Of a DNA stretch of 64,000 nucleotides, positions 28,310 through 42,480 are shown piece after piece. Position 1 is the first letter of the stretch, and each line of letters begins with the position of its first letter. Below the pieces are notes generated by a model. That model saw nothing but the letters and a program-made list of their open reading frames with translations. It was not told where the DNA came from and made no database searches. The stretch comes from the human T2T-CHM13v2.0 reference genome, Homo sapiens. The translations under genes were made by a program, and so were the position numbers. The DNA lies in the NCBI RefSeq assembly GCF_009914755.1, contig NC_060928.1. The stretch is one strand, 5' to 3'.

Positions 28310-29440
28310 TGCATTTTTTTTTAGTATTTTCTTATGAGAGCAATATAAGCACTTATTAAAATGTTACAGATGAGTTTATAATGGAAACCAGGAATTCCCT
28401 TTCTCAATTCTCACTGTCGTCCTGATCCTCAGAGCGACTGTTTTGAATATATTTTGTTTTTCTTATAGTTACCTTCGTATCTCCCAAATATACTTTTATT
28501 ACTATGTCTTTATGATATTTAGAAATATTTACTGATTTTTATCTTTTAAAGGTGAGGATTCAGTTTACTTATCTAACCTATCCTCTTCCCTAACACTTTT
28601 TCTTATTTATTATAATAATTACTTTATTAAATACTATAATAAAGTAATAAATATTTAATACTTTATAGCTCTTTTACTGGTATTTTTCTAGGTTTAAGAA
28701 ATTATTTAAAACTTTATTTCATGTTCCATTATAAATGACTATCCTTAATGTATAAAATAAAGATATTAGCATCTTTATCTTTTTTGATGTCTTTCCTTCC
28801 CGTCTTCTCTTTTCTACCTTCCATTCAAGTTACACTGCATTATACATTGTTAGGGTGATAACATTTTATTCAGTTCTATAATCCAAGGATAATTTTATGT
28901 GCTTTATATATAGAATCACTTTAAAAGTTGAAAATCAATAAACTAAACTTTTCCATTTATTTTTATTTATTTACATTATCTTGACCATGTAAATTTAGTT
29001 CACTATATAGGTAAAGTAGTGAGCTATGATTATATTTCTTTCTTAGGAGTTTTAATTTGTCAATTTTGGTATCACACAAGGGTGAATATTTCTACAATTA
29101 TGTTCAAATGTAATGACATACAATTGTTCAAAGTCATTTTTAATTTTGTCATATTTAATTTAATCAAAAGTCATATTTGATTATGGATTTTTGTTTAATT
29201 TTTGACATCTCCCTAGAGTATCTATTGCCTTTGTGTTTTTCTCGTTAGGATAAAAGACACATATCCTTTCTATTCTATCCCTAATATGATTCAAGTTTTT
29301 ACTCATTTTATTTATTTCTTGAAAGGTATAAGGTACTTATTTTTGCAGACATGCTTCTTGGTAACCATGACCTTCCATTTTACTTTGGACTATTGTTTTT
29401 ATGCCTATATTGAAAAAAATTAGGGTCATTTTTAATATTT
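28310..29440 (-). mobile_element. Probable ancient L1ME fragments
   Basis: Strong T skew with degenerate L1M-like motifs. Confidence 0.35.
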
Positions 29441-29688
29441 CAGAGTTTTTTGGTGGTTCTGTGGTAGAATTGCACTTCTCCAATTTGAAATTGTGCATGA
29501 CAAATATGACTTTCTTTGAGTAATAATATATGAGCAGAGGTCTTACAAGCCAGTGGGAAAGGTGCCATAATCTTTCCCCCTGCCACGTAGGTATGGATGG
29601 AAACTTTACATTCTAGATCCCAGAGTGACAAGACATAAACCAGGGTTACAGTCAATTATTTAAGAGAGATTCATGTATTGAGTACATA

Positions 29689-30278
29689 TAGTAGTCATCC
29701 CTTATCTGTAGGAGATGCATTTGAAGACCCCTAGTGGATTCCTGAAACTGGGGATAGTACCAAAGCCTACATATACTACGCACAATTTTTTTTTCCTTCT
29801 TCACAATTTCGTGGAGATTCGTTCTTATTGTAGATCTTAGCAACCTGAGCATATGATTTTTTTTTTTATTAGAGAACTTTTACCCTTTCACTTAAAGGAA
29901 GCACTTTATTATTTCTCTTTGGCATATCTGAATTATCAACATCATTACTCTTGAACATTAGGTCCATTATTAAGTAAAATAAAGGGTTACTTCAGTACAA
30001 GCAATGCTATACCTTGACAGTTGATCTGATAACCTAGAGGGCTATTAAGTGACTAACGGGTGGTTAGTGCGTATACAGCATGGATACACCGGACGAGAGA
30101 TGATTCACGTCCTGGGTGGACTGTCTTAAGATTTCATCACACTACTCAAAGGGGTGTGCAACGTAAAAGTTATGATTTTTAAATTTCTGGTATTTTCCAT
30201 TTAATATTTTTAGACCATTGTTGCCTGCAAGTAACTGAAACCACGAAAAGTGAAACCGTGGATAAGGGGGGGCTATTG
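29689..30278. mobile_element. MER44-type (Tigger7-derived) DNA transposon
   Basis: TIRs 'tagtagtcatcccttatc' / 'gataagggggggctattg'; internal 'gaccc ctagtggattcctgaaact', 'gtaactgaaaccacgaaaagtgaaaccgtg'. Confidence 0.85.
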
Positions 30279-30339
30279 CGCTACATGCCAAAAGTTATTT
30301 ATATGGAGGGGATATAGGAGAGATCCGAATAGTAAATTT

Positions 30340-30895
30340 CTTGATGACATGATGTTAGGTACTAGTTAAGGTGGAAGAAAGAGAAACTAAATACATAGGT
30401 ATGTAGTATGCCAGTGGGCAACATGACACAGAAGAATAAAATAGGCTAAGTGGTCAGAATGAGAGTGAGCCATGGTTCTTCCACAGCACGGTTAGAGAAG
30501 GCATTCTAAGATGGTAACACTTGAGCAGAGATAAGGATATGAGGGAGAAGGTTATTTAATATTTGGAAAAATAGTTATTTAATATTTGAAAAAAGATGGA
30601 ATTCCAGTTGCAATGGCTCTCAGTCAGGAGCGTGCTTGGCTTGGAGCAGCAGGGGAGGTCGGTGTGGCTAGGTCAGGAAAGCACTGCTGGGCTGGTCTGA
30701 GTGGCCCAGTAGAAGAGTAGTCAAAGACCAGATCGTAAAGAGACTTATGGGCCATGATAAGGTTTTGGCTTTTATTCTGTGAGAGCTGGGAAGCTACAGG
30801 AGAATTTTAAATAGAAAATGGCGTGATCTGACTCGCACTTTCGAAGACTCACTCCTCCTGCTGGTTGAAGAATAGACCACAGGCAAGGGAGGCAT
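30340..30895 (-). mobile_element. L2 fragment
   Basis: 'gccatgataaggttttggcttttattctg...gggaagctacaggagaatttt...gtgatctgact' antisense L2 motifs. Confidence 0.75.
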
Positions 30896-32533
30896 GAAAA
30901 TCTAAGGTCAAGGTTAAGTTTCCCCAGGACTTCACAGCCTTACTCAAATGCACTCGAGTATTCTTTTTGGCTGATACCGTTGGCATTTATTTTCATTCTT
31001 TTATTGGGCAGATTTTTTTGTTATGCATAAGTTTTTAGACTATTCTCACTTTTCTGCTCTGAAGTGTCATAGTGATGTGTTTTGGATCATGAGGCATTTG
31101 TGTTTAAAATTTATCTTGCTCAGCAGCTTGTGGATATTTTTAAAGGCTTGCGTCTCCAGCTCTGGAAATTATTTTCTATTATTTCTTTAAAAATATGTTT
31201 TTCTCTCATGTTCCTCTATTCTTTCCTTCTAGGATTTTATTATATATAACTTTCTATTTAACTTTGTCTTTTGTATTAAAAAAATTTATTATTATAGAGT
31301 TTAGAAAAGTTGTTTGTTTTCTCTGGCTCTGTTAAAGCAGGAAGACCAAAGGTAGAATAAAAACACCATATGTTTCAAGAAATAGCTGGAGTATCTTTAA
31401 TGTTTTTGTGTGAAATTGAATAATATTTTAATGTCTTTGTTGTATATGATTTTCATAAACCTTCACCAGTTCACTCCTTTCTGATTCTGAATTTATAATT
31501 TTCTTTCTCCTTCATTTTAAATTATTTCACTAGGATCTCAGAAAATAAGAAATAAGTTTGTTCTATAAACCTAACTCATTTCAATGATGTCACTATATTT
31601 AAGGGAGAAGAAAACGGGGGTTTGTTCAGTAATTTTAGACTACTTGGTTAATATTACAAGTTTTTTTTTTTTTCCACAAAGCCACCCCTGAATTTTGCCT
31701 CTGTATTTCCCAACATTGAATCTATCAGTTTGTATAGTATAATCATTTCTTCCAATAGCTCTTTTCAGATGCCACCTGAAAATCATTTGATGGAAATAAA
31801 CTGCAGAATTTTATAAGAGAGTTCTCTCTCAGATTTTGAACCATGGCTTGACTTTGTGGCTTTAAATATCATCTACAGAGATAATCATTTACCTACTGCA
31901 TAAAAAATAGGAGTAACTGAAACATTAAGTTCATACATTTTGAATAGTGTATAGGATTTTAAAGACAGTAGACACAGAGACAATGTAAATTTAGGATACC
32001 TTTTTAAAAAAGTAAATTAAGCTTATACAGGTAGATACATATTGCTATATGCATACAATAGAGATATAGTTAGGTCATCTATGATGATGATAATCTTTGG
32101 ATATGCACCATTCTATAAACTGTTGTCTGTAAATCTATGGAGACTTGATTCTGGAGAAAATAGAGATGAATTTGCAAAGTATTCACTGCTTGTAAGAGAA
32201 CCCATGTCATAAGTTTGTGAACTATCAGTATAGCACTCATCTGCTACAGAGAACTGGGTGAATGACATGAGAATTTACTGTTATAACCTGAAGAATAATA
32301 TCAGCAACAGGTGCTATAGACTTCTGGAACATAAAAGTGAAACCAGCTCTGTCAGCACTTACGAAAGCAAGGCAGTGTTCAATCTCTAAATACCCAGTTG
32401 AGGTTTAGTTCAAGTCATAAGAATATTGAAAGAATGACATTAACTCTTAGTACAAGAGGTCCTCTTTGATTCTATAGGGAGTCTATTAAATGTTTCCCTT
32501 TTTCCCAAGCAAAAACTTTGTAAAATAATACTA

Positions 32534-32824
32534 TAGGTTGAACATCCCTAAACTGAAAATCCAAAATTCAAAATGCTCCAAAATTTAAACATTTTTGTGT
32601 GGCAACTTGATGTCACAAGTGGAAAATTCTACAGCTAAGTACATAATGCAAACTTTGTTTCATACATATTATTAAAAGGTGTATATGAAATATAAATTAA
32701 TTTTGTGTTGAGACTTGGGTCTCATCCCCAAGATATTAAGTATATGCAAATGTTCTAAAATCTGAAATCTGAATTCTTAAACACTTCTGGTCACAAGCAT
32801 TTCAGACAAGGAATACTCAACCTG
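32534..32824. mobile_element. Tigger4/MER46-type MITE
   Basis: TIRs 'taggttgaacatcc' / 'gaatactcaacctg' with TA on both flanks. Confidence 0.85.
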
Positions 32825-33320
32825 TAGTAGACATTTATGTATGCTAAAAAATAACTCTACCTGCTTGCATAAAATAAAAGTGCCTTAGTAATGATACTAA
32901 TATATTTTAAGAAATAATTTAAGAGATTTTTCAAGCGATGATAATATAAATGGATACAACTCTGGATGTCCTTTTTAATTCCCATAAAATTACATAATTT
33001 AGACTTCCCATAAGTACATAATTAAAGATATTGATCCATTTTCTACTCCACTCCTCACACCAGCTATTTCCCACTGCTAAACAGAGGATTTTCAAGGGAT
33101 TGACATTTTGTTTCATAGACAGCCACTTAGAGTACCCCACATTGGTGCTCCTTTATTTATTCCTTGTTTCATAACATCATCATCACATCATAGCATATGT
33201 GTATGTGCATGTCCATGTTGTTTCACACTCTCAGGTTATCTCTGCTGAAATTGAAACTAGGATAATGGTCACACATTGCCTTTAGGAATCTTGGCAGCAA
33301 ACTAAGGAAGTGAACCCGTC

Positions 33321-33559
33321 TGGGTGGCATGATCTCTGCTCACTGCAACTTCTGCCTCTTGGACTCAGGTGATCCCACATCAGCCCCCCAATAGCTGGGA
33401 CTACAGGCACACCACCACACCTAAGTTTTTGGATTTTTTTGTAGAGACAGGGTTTTGCTGTATTGTCCAGGCTGGTCTCAAACTCCTGAGCTCAAGAGAT
33501 CTGCCCACCTTGGCCTCCCAAAGTACTGGGATTACAGACATGAGCCACCTCACCCTGCT
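33321..33559 (-). mobile_element. AluJ lacking its 3' end and tail
   Basis: 'gctcactgcaac...aactcctgagctcaag...tgagccacc'. Confidence 0.9.
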
Positions 33560-35270
33560 ATTTGATATCAACAGTGCTATATAGATAAATTTTGGTTAAC
33601 AGTTTTCATTATATCCTATTCCTACTTTTAATGTTTATTTGTCACAACTTTTAGGCCTTTTTTTGTAAATATTGTATTTCTAGATTTAAAAAACTCAATT
33701 TGTGTTTCTGTCTTCTAATTGCCATGATTATTCCATTCACATTTACTGGGATTACTGATAGGTTTGGACTTAATTTTATGTTTTGTGGTTTTTTACATAC
33801 CATGATTTTTCTTAGCTTAGTTACTTTTTTCCCCTCCTACTAATCTCTACTTTTTCTTTACTCCCTTTATTTTCTCCATGCATTTGATTTCTGTTTCTTA
33901 CTGGTTTTCTTTAACTTGTTAGCATTTGAATATAGCATAACATCATAGTATGAGTAAAGTCAGTATCTCTATTCTCTTTCTTGAGCAATTTAAAAACCTC
34001 ATAATTCTTTAGGTATCAATTGTTTCACTGCTATGTTTTAAGCAGTTTCTTTTATTAAGTACATACTTAATGAATGATTACTGTGTGTCTGGCACTGTTT
34101 TAAATGTTGGTAACACATCTATGAAAGTTAACAGGAAAATCTACATACTTGTAGATACTAAATTCTAGTGGGATGAGGCTTTTTGTTTATTGTTTTAGTT
34201 CTACTTTTTTTTTTAATGTCCCAAGTAATCATTAATCTCAGGATTGATTTACGTTTACCAGCCTATTGCCAATTTCTTTGCTCAGCAAGAGTCTTACCTG
34301 ACACTTCTTTCTTATGACTTTAATTACCTTCTTGCAGATTTAGAGTATCAATGTTCTTTCAGTGAGAGCCTAGGAGTAATTGATTCTCTCAGAATCGATT
34401 TTGAAATGTTTTGTTTTCCTTGCCTTCTTGTATGAAAGTTGAGCTGAGTTTAGACTTCTAGGTAGAGAAATTTGCACAGTCTTCTGGCATTTCCTGTTTC
34501 GATGAGAAGCCTACTCTCATTTGTCATTCTTGGGAGGTAATATTTATTTTCTGTCTGGTAAATTTTGAGTTTTCTTTTTTGTTTCATTTTCTGCAACTTT
34601 GCTTTTTTTCCCTGGGTGGTATATTAGTGTTTAGTAATCTCATTTGTGATCCTTTTTACTCAAATCTTTCTTCATTTATGAAAAATTCTCAGCTAAGTTT
34701 TTGTATGTTGTCTCTTTCTGATGATTTCTGTTAACTCTTCATATTGTATTTTAGATTTCTCCTTTTATCATTAATATCCATTGATTTATATTTTATATTT
34801 TCATCTTTATATCTCTCGTTATATTTTGTGAGGTTTTTTCCTCCTGTGTCACCCAATTCACATATCCTCCCTTCAGATATGTCTAGTTCACTCTTTAACA
34901 TGAGTTTTTAGAATTTATTGTTTATTTTAATGTTTTTTTTTAAATTTCCTAAATTAATACTTGGTTCTGTTTTAAGTCTGATATTTTCGTTTTTCAAAAT
35001 AGTCTGCTGGTGTCTTATGTTCTTATTTCTTTTTTTTCATCTCTTTTTACTTATAGTGCCCTTCATTCAGATTTTTGTATAATCCCCAATTCTCCAATTT
35101 GTTGTGTGTACTGATTTCTTGATTTTTTTAAACCTATGTGGTTATAATTTCTTGACTGTTACTTAAATATAAATTCTGTGTTTTCAACCCAGGGTGGTAC
35201 TAGTGCTCCTTAAAAAGATGGTTTTGAGTTTGATTCTTTTCCAGATCAACTTTTAATTAATATCTCACCA
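33560..35270 (-). mobile_element. Ancient L1M fragments (ORF1-like region) with an L2 3' end at ~34050-34175
   Basis: T-rich L1M motifs; L2-like 'tactgtgtgtctggcactgtttta...attctagtggga'. Confidence 0.5.
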
Positions 35271-35289
35271 AAATATTCCTACCTGACAT

Positions 35290-35735
35290 GGGCAGTACTC
35301 CAAACCCTGGTGGCTTAAAATAAGAGCAACCATTTATGTATCTTACAATTCTTTGGGTTGGCAGTTTCAGCAGGGCTTAGTTGTGTCATTTTTCTGCTTG
35401 TCTCAGCTGGGCTCACTTCTGTGTCTGTGGTCAGAACCCAGGTCAACTGGAGGCTGCTTGTTCCACAGAGTAGTTCAGCTGAGATGGATGAGCCCTGCTG
35501 CACTTGGTCTCATCCTTGCTGGCTAACCCTGGCTTCTTCACAGAGTAATCACCCCATGAGGAGAGATGCCAATTCCCAGTGAGCAAGCACTCTTTAAGTT
35601 CCTGAATGCATGTTTACTATTGTCCTCTTATCTAAAGCAAATTATGCGGCCAAGCCTAAATTCAAGAGATGAAAAAATACACTCTGCCTCTTTGTAGGTA
35701 CAGCTGCAAAATATTGTGGACAGTTTTGCCTGGTA
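35290..35735 (-). mobile_element. MLT1 (F-like) MaLR LTR
   Basis: 'gtggcttaaaa...caaccatttat...tctcagctgggctcac...gctgcaaaatattgtgg'. Confidence 0.75.
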
Positions 35736-35888
35736 CCAAGATTGTGTGTATTTGTCCTCAAAAGAGCAAAGGCTTGGAGTTCTGATTTCTCTGAGGTCAT
35801 TGCTTTTCCTCCTATTGTTTTAGACACATGGCTAGCTCTTTCACAGAGTTTTAATCTCTGCTTTAATTGTGACTCCAGTGACAACTTC

Positions 35889-36229
35889 TGTGGAGTGAAT
35901 TGTGTCCCCTCAAAATTCAATTCTTGAAGCCCTAACCCCCCAATGTGGTGGTGTTGGAGATGAGGCTTTGAGAGCTATAAGATTTAGATGGATGAGGTCA
36001 TGAGAGTGGGACTCTTATAATGGGATTAGTATCCTTATAAGAAGAGACACCAGAGAACTTGCCAGTTGAGCACACAGGGGACGGTGGCCATCTACAAGCC
36101 AGAAAGAGGGCCCTCACCAGACTCCAACCACATTGGCACCCTGAGTTTTGACTTCCAGGCTTCAGAATTTCTGTTGTTGAAGCTTCGGTCTATGGAATTT
36201 TGTCATGGCAGACCAAGCTGACTAACACA
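35889..36229 (+). mobile_element. MLT1A-type solo LTR
   Basis: TG...CA ends ('tgtggagtgaattgtgtcccc' ... 'gactaacaca'); 5 bp TSD acttc/acttt. Confidence 0.88.
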
Positions 36230-36444
36230 ACTTTCTGTTATTCTGCAGCACCTTGAGTGCCTTATTTTCCTTTTCTATTTTGGCTTTGATTCTTCTTACT
36301 CTTTTTTTTTTTTTTTTTTTTTTTTTGGTCAAGTGATGCTTTTTAATAATGGATTATTCCATCACGTTACTAAATATCTCCTTTCTTACAATATGGTATT
36401 GTTGAACTGCTGGACTTCTTGTTAGCTTTACGGCATCATAGAGT

Positions 36445-38340
36445 TTATTTCATTTTATTTATTTTTTGTTTGTTTGGTTTTTTATACTTTAAGTTCTAGG
36501 GTACATGTGCACAACATGCAGCCTTGTTACATATGTATACATGCGCCATGTTGGTGTGCTGCACCCATTAACTAGTCATTTACATTAGGTATTAATCTCC
36601 TAATTCTATCCTTCCCCACTCTCCCCACCCCATGACAGGCCCCAGTGTGTGATGTTCCCCTTCCTGTGTCCAAGTGTTCTCATTGTTCAATTCCCACTTG
36701 TGAGTGAGAACATGTGGTGTTTGGTTTTTTGTCCCTGTGATAGTTTGCTGAGAATGATGGTTTCTAGCTTCATCCACGTCCCTACAAAGGACATGAACTC
36801 ATCATTTTTTATGGCTGCATAGTATTCCATGGTGTATATATGCCACATTTTCTTAATCCAGTCTATCACTGATGGACATTTGGGTTGGTTCTAAGTCTTT
36901 GCTACTGTGAATAGTGCTGCAATAAACATAACGTGTGCATGTGTCTTTATAGCAGCATGATTTATAATCCTTTGGGTATATACCCAGTAATGGGATGGCT
37001 GGGTCAAATAGTATTTCTAGTTCTAGATCGCTGAGGAATCGCCACACCGTCTTCCACAATGGTTGAACTAGTTTACACTCCCACCAACAGTGTAAAAGTG
37101 TTCCTATTTCTCCACAGCCTCTCCAGCACCTGTTGTTTCCTGACTTTTTAATGATCACCATTCTAACTGGTGTGAGATTGTATCTCATTGTGGTTTTGAT
37201 TTGCATTTCTCTGATGGCCAGTGATGATGAGCATTTTTTCATGTGTCTGTTGGCTGCATAAATATCTTCTTTGAGAAGTGTCTGTTCATATCCTTCGTCC
37301 ACTTTTTGATGGGGTTGTTTGTTTTTTTCTTGTAAATTTGTTTGAGTTCTTTGTAGATTCTGGATATTAGCTCTTTGTCAGATGAGTAGATTGCAAAAAT
37401 TTTCTCCCACTCTGTAGGTTGCCTGTTCACTCTGGTGGTAGTTTCTTTTGCTGTGCAGAAGCTCTTTAGTCTAATTAGATCCCATTTGTTAATTTTGGCT
37501 TTTGTTGCCATTGCTTTTGGTATTTTAGACATGAAGTCTTTGCCCATGCCTATGTCCTGAATGCTATTGCCTAGGTTTTCTTCTAGGGTTTTTATGGTTT
37601 TAGGTCTAACATTTCAGTCTTTATTCCATCTTGAATTAATTTTTGTATAAGGTGTAAGGAAGGGATCCAGTTTCAGCTTTCTACATATGGCTAGCCAGTT
37701 TTCCCAGCACCATTTATTAAGTAGGGACTCCTTTCCCCATTTCTTGTTTTTGTCAGATTTGTCAAAGATCAGATGGTTGTAGATGTGTGGTATTATTTCT
37801 GAGGGCTCTGTTCTGTTCCATTGGTCTGTATCTCTGTTTTGGTACCAATACCATGCTGTTTTGGTTACTATAGCCTTGCAGTATAGTTTGAAGTCAGGTA
37901 GTGTGATGCCTCCAGCTTTGTTCTTTTGGCTTAGGATTGTTTTGGCAATGTGGGATATTTTTTGGTTCCATATGAACTTTAAAGTAGTTTTCTCCAATTC
38001 TGTGAAGAAAGTCATTGGTAGCTTGTTGGGGTTGGCATTGACTCTATAAATTACCTTGGGCAGTATGGCCATTTTCACAATATTGATTCTTCCTATCCAT
38101 GAGCATGGAATGTTCTTCCATTTGTTTGTGTCTTCTTTTATTTTGTTGAGCAGTGGTTTGTAGTTCTCCTTGAAAAGGTCCTTCACATCTCTTGTAAGTT
38201 GGATTCCTAGGTATTTTATTCTCTTTGAAGCAATTGTGAATGGGAGTTCACTCATGATTTGGCTCTCTGTTTGTCTGTTTTTGGTGTATAAGAATGCTTG
38301 TGATTTTTGCACATTGATTTTGTATCCTGAGACTTTGCTG
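36445..38340 (-). mobile_element. 5'-truncated L1PA (about L1PA4-6): 3' UTR plus disrupted C-terminal ORF2
   Basis: ORF pieces 37614-38312, 37239-37547, 36853-37302 and 36687-36869 translate to L1 ORF2p C-terminus ([58 protein letters not shown]), broken by frameshifts. Confidence 0.97.
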
Positions 38341-38500
38341 TTATTTGACTCTCCCAGTGAGCAATGCAGACCCAGTAACTGTTCCTATCTCTGATTTTGA
38401 GTTTCTTCTTCATTTCTAGCACCTGGAGATTCTTTTTTTTAATTCTAAAATTTGATTAATAATACATTTCAAAAATACGTTATATTTTGACAAGGAACTA

Positions 38501-38730
38501 TGGGTCATGCCTGGGTGCCTTTGGGAGGTCAAGGTGGGTTGATTGCCTGAGCCCAGGAGTTCAAGACCAGCCTGGCCAACATGGCAAAACCCTGTCTCTA
38601 CAAAAAAATACAAAAGTTAGCCAGGTGTGGTGGTACATGCCTATAGTCCCAGCGGGCAGAGGTTGCAGTGAGCCAAGATCGTGCCACTGCACTCCAGCCT
38701 GGGTGACAGAGCTAGACCCTGTCTCAAAAA
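38501..38730 (+). mobile_element. Alu (J/S) with deletions
   Basis: Alu left arm, shortened right arm, short A tail. Confidence 0.9.
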
Positions 38731-38974
38731 CAATTTTTTTATGTTATATTTTGCTAAGTTTTTTTGTGTGTTTCAAATGTCTTCCAGCAACATGTGCATC
38801 TAATATATAAACTGAAAATCTAGTCTGGCCATATTGGGATTCAGGGATAGTAGATTCTGAGGTTTCTAAATGGATAGGTGACACAGTCACAGAAAGTACC
38901 ATGTGGCAGAAAATGTAATTAAGTAAGCAGGTGGACAATCATTTTGGAGAATATCAACAAGGCTTCTGGGAGTC

Positions 38975-39188
38975 TGTAGTGCTGTATTGTCCAATATGAT
39001 AGCTACCAGATATATGTGACTATTTAAAATTAAATTAGTTAAAATATAATTTAAATTCAGTTCCTTAGGTTTACTAGCCACTTTTCAAATACTCAATGGC
39101 CATATATGGCTACTGGCTGCAATATTGTACTGCTCAGGAGAACATTTTCATCATCTGAGAGAGTTCTATTCAGCAGGGCTGCTCTAGT
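38975..39188. mobile_element. MER3 (hAT-Charlie MITE)
   Basis: 'tgtccaatatgatagctacc...aaattcagttcc...ctagccacttttcaaatactcaatggcc...gctgctctag'. Confidence 0.85.
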
Positions 39189-40049
39189 GCATCTGCTGAG
39201 TATCAGACTAAATACAGGCATAACTGGGACAATATATCCACTTCATCTGTGGAAGGAGATAAGTTTCAAACCCTGTGAGATAGACAGTGGATTATTGATA
39301 TTCTTACTGTATCTTGATAAATATTGACCCAGAAGAGGGGGAGAGAGAGCCTGGCTGAGAGTGACTACCTTTAGTTTCAATTATACAGTTAGGGCAAAGC
39401 AGAGACACAGTTTAAAATAAAACAACAGCAGACAGATGCTTATCAGCTTCCCCACTTTTTGTTTGTGTGAGTTCTTTTTTTGTTTTTGCAGATAATAAAG
39501 GTAATATATGAGCACTGAGGAATATTTGAAAAGCATAATAACTTTCTTGTCTTCTTATGCAGAGTGTACTGAACATACTTTATTTCTTCCCTAATGACTC
39601 TGAGTCATCATTATTGAATTACAGAATGCTGCATGTAGAAAAGAATGAAGGGCAATGTTCTCCCAGACTATTGAGACATCCAGAGAGACTTAATGCATAC
39701 ATTCCCCCCTGTATTAGGCAACTCTACACTGTAGCTCTTTTTAATCTTGCCATTCTTTTACCTCATACTTTATTATTATCTATAACTCCCTACTTGGCTG
39801 GGAGCTGTCTGCTTCTAGTAGTCTCTACTATTTCTACTGTCTTATCTTCTATAAACATAATATACAGTAAAGCATGTTAGAAATAACTAGATAATTATAC
39901 TTCTCAAATAAAATTTTAAGTTTACCATCTAAATGCCTTTGGCCTGCTCTGCTACTGAGTAGGATGTGTGAATATTATGTCAAATAGTTCCCCACTCCGC
40001 ATATCCTGCCTTCTCCTTGGAAATCATCAGTGAGACGTGATGCACACAG

Positions 40050-40345
40050 CTTGGAACACTGAGGAAGGGAGTACAGAATTTGACTTATGGCTCAGCTGTA
40101 TGATGTCGGCCCTGAGCAAATCTCCTAGCTCTGTAAAAATCAGCTTTCTTATCTGTTAATCATCATGTGCATTATCATTAATGTTAACACTCATAAAGTA
40201 CTTAGCAGTGTCAAGCGATGTTCTAAGTGTCTTTTATGCATTTGCTCACTGTAATCTTCATGATACCCCATGAATTAGGAAAGGAGCTATTATTTATCTG
40301 CAATTTACACATAAAGAAAATTAGATACGTACAAATTCAGTACCA
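40050..40345. mobile_element. Two abutting MIR fragments (+ then -)
   Basis: 'ccctgagcaaatctcc...cagctttcttatctgt' followed by 'gttctaagtgtctttta...taatcttcatga...atttacacataaagaaa'. Confidence 0.55.
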
Positions 40346-41154
40346 TCTCTCAGACCTATATTTCCAAGTTGCAAGTGTTATATTTCTTTGAGAAGCATTT
40401 AGCTTTCTTTCGGATTTATGATTTTATTCTGAATGACTGAAGTTTTTGGAGGTGGGTTTCCAGATAATAGAATATGGTAAAGCTCTGACTATTTCAGAGA
40501 AACTGTGCAGAACAGCATGCAATAGACGATACTCTCAGTGGAAAACCATTCATCTCTAATGAAGAAGGGGTGATCAGACCAGTGTAGCCTGGAGACAAGT
40601 ACAATAAATGTAATCAGTTTGGCTACAATTGTTAGGGTTTTGTGAAAACTGTGGGCTGGTAACTTAAGCTTAGGATTTGGAGAGAGTCAAGACAAGGTTT
40701 ACATGACAAGAAGAAAAATTATTGCATTAGCTTATGTGTAAAACTCAAGGCTTAGTAGAATTTTTGCTCAATTTGGTTTCTAAAAGCATTTCCAAGATTT
40801 TATTTTCAAACTAAATATTTATGTTAATATGTTATGTTAATGTGGGCTTAACAGCCTTGTTCTGGAAATAAACTTGTCTTTTTTATGATATTTCTATGGT
40901 GATTCTCCCAAATATAAGTTGATGATCAAATACAGTTCTGAGTATCTAAATGACTTTTAAATTACTTGCCTCTTTATATGAAGCCAGGGACTTTATACCA
41001 AGAAGAAATCATACCTAGCTACTTTTGTTTCAGGAAAGAAAGGGATTTTGTGATGAGATATTATCCCATGAGCATATATTAGCACTGGAAGCTATCTTTG
41101 TCTCGAAAATGGCTCTCAGTAAAAGATGGACAAATGGAATTTCCTACTGAGCTA

Positions 41155-41559
<405 letters not shown>

Positions 41560-42480
41560 TTAAGAAGCCTGCTTAGAGTGCTGTGATTATTGAAGGTGTT
41601 TTGTCATCTTCCTTATAGTTCTTCTGCACACGTATTCTCACATCCCTCCCACTCTCAGAGCCGTACTCCCCAAAATACACAGGCTAATTTTAGCATTCAT
41701 ACATTTAAGAAAACTTAGAATTTTTATTTTCTTTTTTCTTTTAAATTATAATATATTTTAGTTTAGCTGAAAGAAAAGCTATATATCAGGTCTAGCAACA
41801 CTTCCTCTCAAATGACTGTCATAAAATTGAATTTTTCCAGCAGAGAATTACAGAAGTATTTCGCAGTGTTGTGTGATTTCTGTACTCTGAGAGGTCATGA
41901 ACTCTGAAATTTGGGGATGTTCATTATCCTGTACCAGAAGACAGAAGCGTTTCCTCAGTACCTCTGGCTGATCACTTGTGCTGGACTTAGCAGTAGTGCT
42001 CAGGCTAGCTGGGACCAGGTTGCTGCAATATGTTTGGAACAGGTTTCCTTATCACTCATTTTCATTTACAGGTTTGAGAATAGCTTCTAACATGTCAACA
42101 AAGCAAACCTGTATTCATTGGAAAGTAGCAGAGCTACCAAGGCCGTTCAGTACTTTTATCTTGCTGGAAGTTCTTTGTCATTTTTTCTTCTTAAGGCATT
42201 TGCAAACTGATTAATAATAGGGAAGTTACTGCCCAATGAAGTTAACATGGCTAAAGACCTGTAGTTGACAAAATTCAGAAGAATATAGGTTACAAAGCAT
42301 CCACAGGGCATAAATGCAAACTTTTATACTCATATAATATTAAAATCTTAATAAGATTATTTCAATTCTTTAGGAAATAGTGAAGGGAAAGCAGAAAACT
42401 AAATTACTCCATAAAATAAAGCATTATAGTGGACCACAGGAACTGAAGGTTGTAGCAGCAGTGCGTGAAAAATAAAACTC

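Noticed and set aside
28535-28557. AG|GT recursive-splice-like motif (similar ones near 43262 and 51688)
   Set aside because: Suboptimal acceptor or donor, expected by chance, host transcript unknown
36302-36326. Orphan poly-T run suggesting a retrocopy tail
   Set aside because: No adjacent recognisable element or TSD; probably slippage expansion
37614-38312. 232 aa ORF, the longest in the window
   Set aside because: Fragment of L1 ORF2p in a truncated, frameshifted L1PA; not a gene
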